Assembly (NCBI GenBank): GCA_946555455.1 | Contig: CAMNSU010000001.1 | Location: 112,690 to 176,689, forward strand | Length of the DNA: 64,000 bases | From: an uncultured Clostridia bacterium | GTDB lineage: Bacteria; Bacillota; Clostridia; RUG12999 | Direction of reading: 5' to 3' | Shown: in pieces, positions 22,801-33,647 of the stretch | Position numbering within the stretch: the first letter of the stretch is position 1 | Layout of the letters: each line of letters starts with the position of its first letter | Position numbers and translations under genes: made by a program | The notes under the pieces: generated by a model | Databases searched by the model: none | Told to the model about the DNA's origin: nothing | What the model saw: only the letters and a program-made list of their open reading frames with translations

Positions 22801-22976
22801 ATCGCAAAGAGACGGTAGGCATAAAGCCTGCGCTCTTTGTTTTTCTCTTTCTTATCGCGTCCCTTGATTCCGGGACTGCTCCGCCGGCGCCAACGATAGA
22901 AAAGCCAACACCACACTTTGATTTTGCCTTTCCTATGCTGCTCCTTTGGAAAGAAAGTTTCCGTCCCAAATCTTTT

Positions 22977-23330
22977 TTACAGCGCTGCTTTTGCTTTTTC
23001 CACCAATACGGTGAATGCAGCAGGGTCTGCAATTGCGATTTCAGAAAGCATTTTACGGTTCATTTCAACGCCGGCTAATTTCAGACCGTGCATAAACGTG
23101 GAATAGTTCATGCCGTTCATTTTTGCCGCAGCGCTGATACGTGTAATCCACAGACGGCGGAAATCACGTTTACGCAGTTTTCTGCCGGTATATGCATATA
23201 CCAAAGATTTCATCACTGCCTGTTTCGCGGTTTTATATAATTTCGATTTTGCACCGAAATATCCTTTTGCCATTTTCAGAACTCTTTTATGTTTTTTTCT
23301 GGTTGCCAATGCACCTTTTACTCTTGCCAT
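22977..23330 (-). CDS. rplT: 50S ribosomal protein L20
   Basis: [27 protein letters not shown]. Confidence 0.98.
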   Translation of the reverse strand: MARVKGALATRKKHKRVLKMAKGYFGAKSKLYKTAKQAVMKSLVYAYTGRKLRKRDFRRLWITRISAAAKMNGMNYSTFMHGLKLAGVEMNRKMLSEIAIADPAAFTVLVEKAKAAL

Positions 23331-23348
23331 GGTCAAACCCCTCCTTCT

Positions 23349-23546
23349 TTACTGATATGGTAATAATTTCTTAATTACTTTTGCGTTTGCTTCGCTGGCG
23401 TATCCTGTTTTTCTCAGGTTTCTTTTTCTTTTCGTGCTCTTTTTGTTCAGGATGTGGCTTTTGAATGCTTTCGCACGTTTGAATTTCCCATTTTTTGTAA
23501 CAGAGATTCTTTTGGCCGTGGCTCTGTGTGTTTTCAGTTTCGGCAT
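23349..23546 (-). CDS. rpmI: 50S ribosomal protein L35
   Basis: [29 protein letters not shown]. Confidence 0.98.
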   Translation of the reverse strand: MPKLKTHRATAKRISVTKNGKFKRAKAFKSHILNKKSTKRKRNLRKTGYASEANAKVIKKLLPYQ

Positions 23547-23632
23547 AATATGTTAGCTCCTTTCAACCTCTTAAATTTTCTTGTATTATACTCTTTTCTC
23601 TTGGTATAAGTGAAAAGCAAGTATCAACTGTT

Positions 23633-24148
23633 TTATTTTCCGTTTACCGGCGTGAGGAACATGAACATGTTCCGTCCTTCCATTTTGGGCTGACGGTCAA
23701 CCGTTCCATATTCTTTCACCAGTTCAGCAAACCGTTCCAGCACCACTTTAGAGTTCTGCGCGTGACTGATTTCACGTCCGCGGAATCGCAGTGTCACTTT
23801 CACTTTGTTGCCCGCTTTCAAAAACTTCATGGCATTTTTGGCTTTGGTCTCGAAATCATGCGTATCAATGGACGGAGACAAACGGACTTCCTTCACTTCC
23901 ACCGTTTTTTGGTTCTTACGGTTTTCCTTTTCCCGTTTTGCCGCTTCAAATTTATATTTTCCATAATCCATGATTTTGCAAACGACAGGTTTTGCCTGCG
24001 GCGCAATTTCCACTAAGTCCATGTTTTTGTCCGCCGCGAGTTTCAGCGCCTGCGAAACACTCATGATACCCAGCTGCGACCCGTCTGAATCAACAACCCG
24101 CGCTTCTTTTTGTCTGATTTCTTCATTAATCAATAAATCCTTAGCTAT
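23633..24148 (-). CDS. infC: Translation initiation factor IF-3 (probable ATA start)
   Basis: INEEIR, DLVEIAP, CKIMDYGKYKF, LRFRGRE; GGAGGTG RBS 7 nt before an in-frame ATA at 24148. Confidence 0.96.
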   Translation of the reverse strand: MAKDLLINEEIRQKEARVVDSDGSQLGIMSVSQALKLAADKNMDLVEIAPQAKPVVCKIMDYGKYKFEAAKREKENRKNQKTVEVKEVRLSPSIDTHDFETKAKNAMKFLKAGNKVKVTLRFRGREISHAQNSKVVLERFAELVKEYGTVDRQPKMEGRNMFMFLTPVNGK

Positions 24149-24191
24149 GGTCGTACACCTCCAAAAACCAATTCCATTTTAAATTTTGACA

Positions 24192-24321
24192 TAAAAAAAT
24201 GAGTGTCAGAACGTTTCTCACACCCAAATATGCATTCTCCCTCCATGTGTATACCACCGGTGGGCAGCCTGCCTATTTGCCCTATACCTCTTGATATAAG
24301 GCGAGAAGAAACTTCTGCTTG
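24192..24321 (-). promoter_or_regulatory. Ribosomal protein L20 leader (autoregulatory RNA)
   Basis: AAGCAGAAG..TTCTCGCC...GGGTGTGAGAA..terminator plus T-run upstream of infC; promoter TTGACA-17-TACAAT at 24364-24336. Confidence 0.75.
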
Positions 24322-24502
24322 TTTTACAAATATGTATTGTACCACATTTTTATGCCGTTGTCAAGAAAAATCTTTGTTTATTTTTCTTTTGAAGCTATAT
24401 ATGCCAAAAGGGACGGAACCAAACGGTCCCGCCCCTTCCGGCAGAAATAGATTTATATTAGGAATAGTGATGGCTTAAGTAAAGGAGTGTCGCCCCCTGT
24501 GC

Positions 24503-25291
24503 TTATTGTTTCGGGATAGTGATGACATATTCAATATATTCCTCGTGGTCGTTTCGTTTGGCAGCCGCCTTCACACCTGCCTGTTTCATCACATCCACCG
24601 CCTGTTTGATGGTGTTGACAAAAATGCGGACGTCTTTAATCAAATACGTCTTTTTCTGCTTGTCCGGTTCCCTGTCCTCCAGCATTTTGTCAATCAATTT
24701 ATCTGTCATTTGTACATTATAGCCTTTATCAATCACGGTATACAGCGCTTTGCACTGCAATTGTTCGTCCGGCAGACGCAGCACCGCCCGCGCGTGGCGC
24801 TCCGTTAAGTTATATTCCGAAATCATTTGTTTAACCTTGGGCGGCAATTTCAGCAGCCGCAGTTTGTTGGCAATGGTCGATTGCTTCTTCCCAATACGCT
24901 CCGCCAATTCCTCCTGCGTCATGTGGTGCGTCTGAATCAGTGCCATATAGGCTTCCGCTTCCTCCATGAACGACAAATTCTCCCGCTGCAAATTTTCAAT
25001 CAAAGCGATTTCCGCCGCTTCATCTTCATCATATTGACTGACGATTGCCGGAATATATTTCAGTCCTGCCATTTTGGACGCGCGTAGCCGCCGTTCGCCC
25101 GCTACCAACTCATAACCCCTGTCGCTTTTGCGCACGGATACCGGCTGAATCACACCATAGCGGGCAATGGAACTGCTCAGTTCCCCCAACGCCTCTTCAT
25201 CAAAGGTTGTCCGCGGCTGATAGGGACTCGCGGTAATCTTGTCCACTTCAATATTCACAATCTTCTTTTTCGTATATATACATGGCATCAT
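24503..25291 (-). CDS. noc: ParB-family nucleoid occlusion protein
   Basis: PYQPRTTF, YELVAGERRLRA, LIENLQRENL, KKQSTIANKLRLLKL; Noc-type C-terminus KDVRIFVNTIKQAV..YVITIPK. Confidence 0.82.
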   Translation of the reverse strand: MMPCIYTKKKIVNIEVDKITASPYQPRTTFDEEALGELSSSIARYGVIQPVSVRKSDRGYELVAGERRLRASKMAGLKYIPAIVSQYDEDEAAEIALIENLQRENLSFMEEAEAYMALIQTHHMTQEELAERIGKKQSTIANKLRLLKLPPKVKQMISEYNLTERHARAVLRLPDEQLQCKALYTVIDKGYNVQMTDKLIDKMLEDREPDKQKKTYLIKDVRIFVNTIKQAVDVMKQAGVKAAAKRNDHEEYIEYVITIPKQ

Positions 25292-25594
25292 GGCAGTACC
25301 CCTCCGTTATCTTTTGTAGAATCATTTCCAATTATTTCCTGTATTTATAGTATACCATATTTTTACAATTTGAAAAGGGGGAATCAAGACAAAAATTTCG
25401 ACGAAATCCGCCGTCTGCGGTGCAAAGCGTTGTTTCATGCGGAGGGTTACACGCTGCTTGCCCCTATTTTTCAAAAACAACGCACCAAATTCCCGCGGCG
25501 GCATATAGTAGTAGTGTAAATATAATTCCTGGGAAATTCTCCATCTAGGCACACAATAACAAATACATACAATAATAGAACTACAAATATTATT

Positions 25595-25649
25595 GATACA
25601 AAAAAGATTCCCGAAATTGCAAAGCAATTTCGGGAATCTTTTTTGTATC
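25595..25649. terminator. Perfect 26-bp inverted repeat, probable bidirectional terminator
   Basis: GATACAAAAAAGATTCCCGAAATTGC-AAA-GCAATTTCGGGAATCTTTTTTGTATC at the nitroreductase stop. Confidence 0.8.
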
Positions 25650-26182
25650 TATCCATTCCAAACTTCAAACGAAACGATTTCTTCCATGGATTTACGCGGA
25701 CGCGCCGCGGGACTTTCTGCCGGAACGCCAAGCGGCGTGAGCGCGACCACACGCACCTCCGGCGGAATCTCCAGCAACCGCCGCACCGCGTCTTCATCAA
25801 ACGCGCCGACCCAGCAGGTACCCAATCCCAACGCATGTGCCGCCAAAACAAGCTGCTGCATGGAAATGCCGCAATCTGTCATGTAGTAAGGTTTGCCGGC
25901 GCGGTTGCCACTGTCCTCCGGAAGTGCACACAAAACAATGACGTAGGGCGCCGCCCGATATGCTGTCTCGTCCGGATTCATACCCACCGCTTCGCCCAGT
26001 GCCAGACGGCGCGCCGTATCTTCTACGACAATATATCGCCAGCACTGTTTATTTTTCCAAGACGGCGCAAGCCGCGCCGCTTCCAACACCTTCATCAGCG
26101 TTTCCCTGCCAACCGGCGCGTCCACATATTGACGGATACTGCGGCGGGAGGCTGCCGCTTCCAACAAATCCATTTTTATCAT
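25649..26182 (-). CDS. Nitroreductase family protein
   Basis: RRSIRQY, ARLAPSWKNKQCW, LAAHALGLGTCWVG. Confidence 0.92.
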   Translation of the reverse strand: MIKMDLLEAAASRRSIRQYVDAPVGRETLMKVLEAARLAPSWKNKQCWRYIVVEDTARRLALGEAVGMNPDETAYRAAPYVIVLCALPEDSGNRAGKPYYMTDCGISMQQLVLAAHALGLGTCWVGAFDEDAVRRLLEIPPEVRVVALTPLGVPAESPAARPRKSMEEIVSFEVWNG

Positions 26183-26209
26183 CAGTCCTTTTCCTGTTCA
26201 AATCACAAA

Positions 26210-27490
26210 TTAGTTTGCCAGCAATTTTTCCACGCTTGCCAGCCGCACACACAGAACAAACAATTCCATTGCCAATTCCAGTTCGCCCACCGACGGATAG
26301 GTCGGCGCAATACGGATATTGGCGTCGTCCGGATCCTTTTTATAGGGGAACGTTGCTCCCGCGCCGGTCAGCACCACGCCCGCTTCGCCGCACAGTTGTA
26401 CCACCCGTGCCGCACAGCCCGGTATGGTATCAAAGGAGATGAAATAGCCGCCTTTGGGGCTGCACCACGTACCAATCCCATACGGCGCGATTTCCTTGTC
26501 CAGCCAGCGCAGTACCACCTCAAATTTCGGACGAATGATATCCGCATGTTTTTTCATATGCTCCCGCACGCCCTGTGCATTCCGGAAAAACCGCACATGG
26601 CGCAGTTGGTTGAGTTTATCGTGTCCAATCGTTTGAATGGTCATTTGCTGCATAATGCTGTCGATATTTGTTTTGGATGCCGCCACCGCCGCCACACCGG
26701 AACCAGGGAAGCTGATTTTTGACGTGGAGCAAAATTCATATACAATATCAGGGTTGCCCGCCTTTTTGCATTCCTCCATGATGTTCAGCAGCGTGTCGCC
26801 GTCGTCATATAAATCATGCACCATATAGGCGTTGTCCCAAAAAATACGGAAATCTTCCGCCGCCGGTTTCAAACGTGCAAAACGGCGCACGGTTTCATCA
26901 GAATATGTAATGCCCTGCGGATTGGAATATTTGGGGACACACCAAATCCCTTTGATTAGCGCATCTTCGCTCACCAATTTTTCCACCATATCCATATCAG
27001 GACCGTTTTCCGACATGGGAACCGGAATCATTTCAATGCCAAAATATTCGGTGATGGCAAAATGGCGGTCATAGCCCGGCACGGGACACAGGAATTTCAC
27101 CTTGTCATATTGACACCACGGTTTGCTGCCCAGCACGCCGTGTGTCATCGCGCGAGACACGGAATCATACATTACGTTCAGGCTGGAATTGCCATAGATA
27201 ATAATTTCCTCGGGCGATACGTCCAGCAAATCCGCCAGCATTTGTTTCGCTTCCGGAATTCCGCTGAGCAGTCCATAGTTACGACAGTCGATTCCGCTTT
27301 GGCAGTGCAGTTCCTCGCCGCTGTGCAGCACATCCATCATGCCCATGGAAATATCCAGTTGTTCCGCGCCCGGTTTGCCGCGCGACATATCCAGCGACAA
27401 TCCGCGCGCCTTGAACGCGTCATATGCCGCTTGCAGTTTTTCTTTTTCTATTTTCAGTTGTTCTTCGCTCATCTCCCGATAGTTTGCCAT
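26210..27490 (-). CDS. PLP-dependent class I/II aminotransferase (Rv3722c-like aspartate aminotransferase group)
   Basis: LDMSRGKP, PVPGYDRHF, VPKYSNPQG, WDNAY, STSKISF, NIRIAPTYP. Confidence 0.88.
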   Translation of the reverse strand: MANYREMSEEQLKIEKEKLQAAYDAFKARGLSLDMSRGKPGAEQLDISMGMMDVLHSGEELHCQSGIDCRNYGLLSGIPEAKQMLADLLDVSPEEIIIYGNSSLNVMYDSVSRAMTHGVLGSKPWCQYDKVKFLCPVPGYDRHFAITEYFGIEMIPVPMSENGPDMDMVEKLVSEDALIKGIWCVPKYSNPQGITYSDETVRRFARLKPAAEDFRIFWDNAYMVHDLYDDGDTLLNIMEECKKAGNPDIVYEFCSTSKISFPGSGVAAVAASKTNIDSIMQQMTIQTIGHDKLNQLRHVRFFRNAQGVREHMKKHADIIRPKFEVVLRWLDKEIAPYGIGTWCSPKGGYFISFDTIPGCAARVVQLCGEAGVVLTGAGATFPYKKDPDDANIRIAPTYPSVGELELAMELFVLCVRLASVEKLLAN

Positions 27491-27566
27491 TGTTTCGTTT
27501 CCTCCCCTTTAGGCGCGGGGGAATCAACCCCATACGCCCTGTATATGATAAATTTTTGCCTTGTGC

Positions 27567-27597
27567 CTAGGCATAAGATTCGACTTTTGTTTGCCTA
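27567..27597. repeat. CTAG-bounded short repeat, copy F
   Basis: CTAGGCATAAGATTCGACTTTTGTTTGCCTA; the terminal CTA is the TAG stop of the flavin reductase gene. Confidence 0.75.
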
Positions 27598-28107
27598 TCC
27601 TTTCACCAATACGTCCTGAATTTCCGCAACGTACATGGCATGGTAATCATTGTTTGCATAGTTCGCGCCCACCAGCGACTCGTCGATAAACGATTCCGGC
27701 GTCATCTCCTGCCGGTACAGCTTGCGGCACACCAGCACCGTTTCCGCTTCTTCAAAATAGGGCGTTGCGCCGTCGTGCGCCACACTCAAGCCGGATTTTG
27801 CAATTTTATCTTCGTCCCGCCCCGAAACGGTTCCGAGATAGGACAATGTTTTTTTATAGTCCTGCGGCAGCACAGAAAGCGAAAACGTTTCCGCGTTGTC
27901 GATAAATTCTTTGGTATACCGCTGCGGACGGATAAATACATAGACCACATTGCGGTTCCACAGCACCCCAACGCCGCCCCAGCTTGCCGTCATGGTGTTT
28001 ACTTTCCCTTCTTTTTCCGCCGTGACCAGCATCCAGTCTTTCCCAATCATGTGAAACGGGTTGTTTCGGAGTTCCTCCGGACTGATTTTGTGAAATGTTT
28101 CCTGCAT
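27595..28107 (-). CDS. Flavin reductase-like protein
   Basis: WMLVTA, NTMTASWGG, IRPQRYT, GTVSGRDEDK. Confidence 0.88.
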   Translation of the reverse strand: MQETFHKISPEELRNNPFHMIGKDWMLVTAEKEGKVNTMTASWGGVGVLWNRNVVYVFIRPQRYTKEFIDNAETFSLSVLPQDYKKTLSYLGTVSGRDEDKIAKSGLSVAHDGATPYFEEAETVLVCRKLYRQEMTPESFIDESLVGANYANNDYHAMYVAEIQDVLVKG

Positions 28108-28188
28108 GTTTCTCAAGTCCTTTCTGCACAAATTTTTACCGTCGCGCTAAACGCGGCGGCAAAAAAACCGTTCTATATTATTCTATTC

Positions 28189-28452
28189 TCATTTGAGCAG
28201 TTTGTCAATAAGAATTGTGAGTTCTTGTATTTTCTCTTCCGTATCGCCCGTGCGGATAGCCTCCTGCACGCAGCTTTGCAAATGCGCCGTCAACACCTGT
28301 ACGCCCGCTTTTTTCAGCACCGCCTGCGCCGCCAAAAGCTGGTGGGAAATGTCCATGCAATATTGGTCTTCCTCCACCATTTTAATAATGCCGTCCACCT
28401 GTCCGCGCGCTGTTTTCAGCAGCCGCAGTACCGTTTGTTTATCTGCTTTCAC
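28189..28452 (-). CDS. csoR: Copper-sensing repressor CsoR
   Basis: [32 protein letters not shown] (C-H-C ligands); overlaps the copA stop. Confidence 0.88.
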   Translation of the reverse strand: MKADKQTVLRLLKTARGQVDGIIKMVEEDQYCMDISHQLLAAQAVLKKAGVQVLTAHLQSCVQEAIRTGDTEEKIQELTILIDKLLK

Positions 28453-30724
28453 CTTGCACGTCCCCTTTCCGGTATCTCGGACGGAACCGCCGCAGACGCA
28501 GCGCGTTCGTCACCACGCACACCGAACTCAAACTCATTGCCGCCGCCGCAAACATGGGACTGAGTTTCCAGCCCAGCATGTGATAGAACACGCCCGCCGC
28601 CAGCGGAATACCAATGCAATTATAGAAAAATGCCCAGAATAAATTTTCTTTGATGTTGCGCAATACGGCGCGTCCCAATTGCAGCGCCGCCGCCACGCCG
28701 CGCAAATCGTCCCGCATTAAAATCATGTCCGCCGATTCCGCCGCGATTTCCACACCGCCGCCCATAGCAATTCCCACGTCCGCACGCATGAGCGCCGGCG
28801 CGTCGTTTACGCCGTCGCCCGCCATGGCGACTTTTTCGCCGCCGCTTTGCAGTGCGCGCACTTTTTCTTCCTTATCCTGCGGCAGCACGCCCGCAAACAC
28901 TTCGTCCACACCGACCTGCCGCGCCACAGCGCGGGCGGTGCGTTCATTGTCGCCTGTCAGCATGACGGTCTTAACGCCCATATGCCGCAGGGTATCTATC
29001 GCCTGACGGCTGGTTTCCTTGACGGTATCCGCCGCCGCAATCAGTCCCAGCAGTGTTTTTTCTGTTCCGATATAAAGCGGCGTTTTGCCCTGTTCCGCCA
29101 ATTCTGCCGCTTTCGCTTCCATGGCGCCCATTGCAATGCCTTGCTGCTGCATGAGCGCCGCGTTGCCCGCGCTGATACGCCTGCCGTCCAGCACCGCCGT
29201 CACGCCCGCGCCCGCAACACTTTGAAATTCCTGCACTGCCGCGGGGGTGATACCGTTTTCTTTTGCTTTTTCCAGCACCGCCTCCGCCAGCGGGTGTTCG
29301 CTCTGCGCTTCCAGCGCCGCTGCCGCCGCCAGCACCTCCTGCTCTGCCGCAGCGGCGGCGGGTAAAATATCCGTCACTTTGGGGTGTCCCTCCGTGATGG
29401 TGCCTGTTTTATCCAACACCACTGTTTTCACAGCGTGCGCCGTTTCCAGCGCCTGCGCTGTTTTCACCAAAACGCCCTGCTCCGCGCCTTTGCCGGTACC
29501 CACCATGATAGCGGTCGGCGTAGCAAGCCCCAGCGCGCAGGGGCAGGATACCACCAGCACGGCAATGGCGGAGGAAATCGCAAAGGACACACCTGCGCCC
29601 AATACCAGCCACACCACCGCCGTCACCGCCGCAATGCTCATCACCACCGGCACAAACACGCCGCTCACCTTGTCCGCCAGCCGCGCAATGGGCGCTTTGG
29701 TTGCGCCCGCCTGTTCCACCAGTTTCACAATCTGCGAAAACGTGGTGTCCTGCCCGACCTTTTCCGCGCGGAACCGAAACGACCCGCTGCCGTTCATGGT
29801 CGCGCCCGTCACCGCGTCGCCCGGCTGTTTTTCCACCGGCATACTCTCACCCGTGATGACCGACTCGTCCACCGCCGAACTGCCCTCTGTCACCGTGCCG
29901 TCCACCGGAATTTTCCAGCCCGGTTTCACCACAAGAATGTCGCCCACAACAACGTTTTCCACGCCGATTTCCGTCTCCTGACCGTCCCGCACCACCACAG
30001 CGGTCTGCGGCGCCATTTTCATCAGCGATTTCAGCGCGTCCGCCGTTTTGTCCTTGGAGCGTGCTTCCAGAAATTTTCCCACCGTCACCAGCGTCAAAAT
30101 CATGGCGGCGGATTCAAAATAGACGTCGTGGCGGTATTGCTCCACCAACGCCATGTTTTGATGTCCTGCTCCGTATGCCACGGCAAACAGCGCCCACAGT
30201 CCATAGACCAGCGCCGCGCCGGAACCGACCGCAATGAGCGTGTCCATATTGGGCGCGCCTTTTATCAGCCGCCGGAAACCGTGTACAAAATAGCTGCGGT
30301 TCAGCACCAGCACAGGAAGCGTCAGCAAAAACTGCGTGAGCAATTGTACCGACGCGTTTTCCGCTCCCTCCAAAAAGAAGGGCTGCGGCAAGTGCAGCAT
30401 GTGTCCCATGCTGACATACATCAGCACTGCCAAAAACAGAACAGACCATATCAGCCGCGTTTTCACCGCCGTCTGACCGCCGTCCTCCGGCGCGGCGGCT
30501 TGGGTCTCCGCGCTTCCCTGCGCTTTGGCATGATATCCGCCTTTTTCCACTGCCTTGCAAATTTGCTTTTCTTTGACCGCGCCCTCGTCATAGTCCACCG
30601 TCATGGTGTTTTGCAATAAACTAACGGACACGTCCTGCACGCCGTCCAGCTTGCCCACGGCTTTTTCCACATAAGAACTGCACGCGCTGCACGTCATACC
30701 CGTTACGTCAAATGTTTGTTTCAT
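28439..30724 (-). CDS. copA: Cu(I)-exporting P1B-type ATPase
   Basis: [50 protein letters not shown]. Confidence 0.95.
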   Translation of the reverse strand: MKQTFDVTGMTCSACSSYVEKAVGKLDGVQDVSVSLLQNTMTVDYDEGAVKEKQICKAVEKGGYHAKAQGSAETQAAAPEDGGQTAVKTRLIWSVLFLAVLMYVSMGHMLHLPQPFFLEGAENASVQLLTQFLLTLPVLVLNRSYFVHGFRRLIKGAPNMDTLIAVGSGAALVYGLWALFAVAYGAGHQNMALVEQYRHDVYFESAAMILTLVTVGKFLEARSKDKTADALKSLMKMAPQTAVVVRDGQETEIGVENVVVGDILVVKPGWKIPVDGTVTEGSSAVDESVITGESMPVEKQPGDAVTGATMNGSGSFRFRAEKVGQDTTFSQIVKLVEQAGATKAPIARLADKVSGVFVPVVMSIAAVTAVVWLVLGAGVSFAISSAIAVLVVSCPCALGLATPTAIMVGTGKGAEQGVLVKTAQALETAHAVKTVVLDKTGTITEGHPKVTDILPAAAAAEQEVLAAAAALEAQSEHPLAEAVLEKAKENGITPAAVQEFQSVAGAGVTAVLDGRRISAGNAALMQQQGIAMGAMEAKAAELAEQGKTPLYIGTEKTLLGLIAAADTVKETSRQAIDTLRHMGVKTVMLTGDNERTARAVARQVGVDEVFAGVLPQDKEEKVRALQSGGEKVAMAGDGVNDAPALMRADVGIAMGGGVEIAAESADMILMRDDLRGVAAALQLGRAVLRNIKENLFWAFFYNCIGIPLAAGVFYHMLGWKLSPMFAAAAMSLSSVCVVTNALRLRRFRPRYRKGDVQGESR

Positions 30725-30735
30725 CTCATCAACCT

Positions 30736-30789
30736 CCCCACCCCCCTGGGGTGTATTTTCAGTATATCAAATTATGTTTAGTATGTCAA
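30736..30789 (-). promoter_or_regulatory. copA promoter with CsoR-type C/G-tract operator
   Basis: TTGACA-17-TATACT (30789-30761) followed by ATACACCCCAGGGGGGTG next to the RBS. Confidence 0.75.
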
Positions 30790-30910
30790 GTCTCTCCATT
30801 TTTTATTTGCGTTTTGGCAGCGAATATGCTATACTAGTTATCAAAGAAGGGATATACTATTTTTAGTATTCGACAGCAGAATTTCAGAAATGGAAAGAGA
30901 ATGAGGTCTT

Positions 30911-32812
30911 ATGGAAAAACAACAACAAACAGTGCCGCGCTGGGAAGCGGGCAGCTATGATATTGCGGTCATCGGTGGCGGACACGCGGGCTGTGAGGCG
31001 GCGCTTGCAAGCGCGCGGCTGGGCTGTTCCACGATTTTGTTCGCAATCAATCTGGACAGCATTGCCAACATGCCCTGCAACCCCAACATTGGCGGCACCG
31101 CCAAAGGGCATTTGGTGCGCGAAGTGGACGCGCTGGGCGGCGAAATGGGTAAAGTGGCGGACAGAACGCTGATTCAGTCCCGTATGCTCAATTCCGGCAA
31201 AGGCCCTGCCGTGCATTCCCTGCGCGCGCAGATTGACCGCCGCGCTTACGGACGCGAAATGAAACATGTGCTGGAAACGCAGCAGGGTTTGCACGTCCGC
31301 CAAGGCGAAGTGACGGATATTTTATTCGGTGAGGACGGCAGTGTACAGGGCGTGGCGCTGCAAACAGGCGCGGTGTTCCGCTGCCGCGCGGCGATTATTG
31401 CCAGCGGTACCTATCTGAAAGGAAAAATCATCATTGGCGAACTGCAATACAGCGGCGGGCCGGACGGCATGTTTCCGGCGGATTCTCTGTCCGCCTGTCT
31501 GCGGAACGCGGGAATTGAACTCATGCGTTTCAAGACCGGAACGCCCGCGCGCGTACGGCGCAGCAGTGTGGATTTTTCCGTCATGACCCCACAGGCGGGC
31601 GACGAGGAAATCGTCCCATTCTCTTTTGAAGATAAACAACCGCTGGAAAACAAGGTGTTGTGCTATTTGACGCATACCAATCCCGAAACGCACGACATCA
31701 TTCGCCGCAACTTAGACCGTTCGCCGCTCTATGCCGGCATGATTGAAGGAATCGGCCCGCGCTACTGCCCTTCCATTGAAGACAAAGTTGTGCGGTTTGC
31801 GGACAAGCAGCAGCATCAGGTGTTCATGGAACCCATGGGACTGGCGACGGAAGAAATTTATGTGCAGGGCATGTCCAGCAGTCTGCCGGAGGAAGTGCAG
31901 ATTGAAATGATGCGTTCCATGAAAGGGCTGGAACAGGTGGAAATCATGCGCCCTGCCTATGCGATTGAATATGACTGCTGCAACCCCTTGCAGCTACAGC
32001 CCACGCTGGAATTCAAACATAACAAGGGACTCTATGGCGCGGGGCAGTTCAACGGCACCTCCGGCTATGAAGAAGCCGCGGCGCAGGGGCTGATTGCGGG
32101 TATCAATGCCGCGCGGAACCTACAGGGAAAAGAACCCATTGTTTTGAAACGCTCCGACGCATATATCGGGACGCTGATTGACGATTTGGTGAACAAAGGC
32201 ACGCGCGAGCCGTACCGCATGATGACGTCGCGCAGCGAATACCGGCTGTTGCTGCGGCAGGATAACGCCGACGAACGGCTCACGCCGCTGGGACACGAAA
32301 TCGGGCTGATTAGCGAGCAGCGTTATCAAATATTTTTGGATAAATGGGCGCAGATTCGGGCGGAGGTGCAGCGGCTGAAAAAGACCACGCTTGCGCCAAG
32401 CGAATCCGTAAACGCCTATCTTGCCGAAAAAAATTCCACACCCATTTCCACCGGCATCAAGCTTGCCGATTTATTGCGCCGCCCTGAACTGGACTATGCG
32501 GATTTGACGCGCATGACGGATATGCCGCCGCTGCCCAAAGAGGTTTGGGAGGAAGCCGCGATTCAGGTGAAATATGAAGGGTATATCTCCCGTCAGGTGT
32601 CGCAGGTCGCGCAGTTTCAAAAGATGGAAAACAAAAAACTGCCGCCGGATATTGACTATACCACGCTCAAAGGTCTGCGGCTGGAGGCGCGCCAAAAATT
32701 GCAGGAGGTGCGTCCGCTGAATGTGGGACAGGCGTCCCGCATTTCCGGCGTATCCCCCGCCGACGTGACGGCTCTGCTGATTTATCTGGAGCAGGAAAAA
32801 GGCCGGGAATAG
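30911..32812 (+). CDS. mnmG: tRNA uridine 5-carboxymethylaminomethyl modification enzyme
   Basis: [55 protein letters not shown]. Confidence 0.98.
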   Translation: MEKQQQTVPRWEAGSYDIAVIGGGHAGCEAALASARLGCSTILFAINLDSIANMPCNPNIGGTAKGHLVREVDALGGEMGKVADRTLIQSRMLNSGKGPAVHSLRAQIDRRAYGREMKHVLETQQGLHVRQGEVTDILFGEDGSVQGVALQTGAVFRCRAAIIASGTYLKGKIIIGELQYSGGPDGMFPADSLSACLRNAGIELMRFKTGTPARVRRSSVDFSVMTPQAGDEEIVPFSFEDKQPLENKVLCYLTHTNPETHDIIRRNLDRSPLYAGMIEGIGPRYCPSIEDKVVRFADKQQHQVFMEPMGLATEEIYVQGMSSSLPEEVQIEMMRSMKGLEQVEIMRPAYAIEYDCCNPLQLQPTLEFKHNKGLYGAGQFNGTSGYEEAAAQGLIAGINAARNLQGKEPIVLKRSDAYIGTLIDDLVNKGTREPYRMMTSRSEYRLLLRQDNADERLTPLGHEIGLISEQRYQIFLDKWAQIRAEVQRLKKTTLAPSESVNAYLAEKNSTPISTGIKLADLLRRPELDYADLTRMTDMPPLPKEVWEEAAIQVKYEGYISRQVSQVAQFQKMENKKLPPDIDYTTLKGLRLEARQKLQEVRPLNVGQASRISGVSPADVTALLIYLEQEKGRE

Positions 32813-32885
32813 AACTCCGTCAATGATTTGTCTACACATAAACGCAAGGAGCCGCCATAAACAGGCGGCTCTTTGCGTTTATATA

Positions 32886-33629
32886 TCACCAAATTTCGTA
32901 GAAAAAGAGAATTTCGTTCGTTTCTTCGTTCACTGCCAGACCGCGGGAAGAACCGTGGTTTCCAAACGGTGTGTCGCCGAGCAGGATAATTTCAAACGCG
33001 TCCGTCAATTCCCGTCCCTCCATGACGGAAATATCCGGCACCGTATAGTCCTGCCGGTACGCCTTTTGCTCTCCCGGCGGAATGACCGCCGCTGCCAGCG
33101 GTTCATATTTTTTACGGTATTTCGCAATGTCTTTTTCTGTGGTTTCATACATCAGAAACATACGAAAACCGCCTTGCAAAAACTGCGGATTTTCCCAAAA
33201 CGAAACGTTCTTCGCTTCTTTGGGGATTTCCTTCGGAAAATGGCACATGGATTTTGACGGATAACCGTTTTGCCACAGCATTGCTCTGTATTCTCCCACG
33301 TCTGACGTGCCTTCCAGATATGTGTCAAAACCGCCTTTGAAGGCATACATCGCGCCAAAAACAAAATTTAAAATGATAGCGACCACCAGTGCGGCGGCAA
33401 TAAGAATGTTCCACATGAGCGCCGTGCTTTTTTCCATTTTACCGCGCAGCCGCAGCGCATATACGCTTCCAAACAGCAGCAGCGGCAGCGCACAGACCAA
33501 TACATAAATCCACGGAATTTGCCGCATATATCGCAGGACAAAATATATTTTATGTATTAGAAAGACTGCCGAAAGCACCGTTATACCGAGACAAAACGGC
33601 ACTTTTTTTATTGCGGTTTTCACATTCAT
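32886..33629 (-). CDS. Hypothetical membrane protein (three N-terminal TM helices)
   Basis: 247-aa ORF with RBS; hydrophobic N-terminal third, soluble C-terminus. Confidence 0.7.
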   Translation of the reverse strand: MNVKTAIKKVPFCLGITVLSAVFLIHKIYFVLRYMRQIPWIYVLVCALPLLLFGSVYALRLRGKMEKSTALMWNILIAAALVVAIILNFVFGAMYAFKGGFDTYLEGTSDVGEYRAMLWQNGYPSKSMCHFPKEIPKEAKNVSFWENPQFLQGGFRMFLMYETTEKDIAKYRKKYEPLAAAVIPPGEQKAYRQDYTVPDISVMEGRELTDAFEIILLGDTPFGNHGSSRGLAVNEETNEILFFYEIW

Positions 33630-33647
33630 ACCGTCACCCTCTTTTGC

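Noticed and set aside
22549-22976. c-di-AMP (ydaO) riboswitch expected upstream of ktrBA
   Set aside because: Hallmark GCCGAATC..GGAACC and GTCAGCTAAC segments not found
25322-25627. 101-aa Cys-rich minus-strand ORF
   Set aside because: Starts inside a terminator hairpin, has no RBS, overlaps the noc upstream region and shows no family motif
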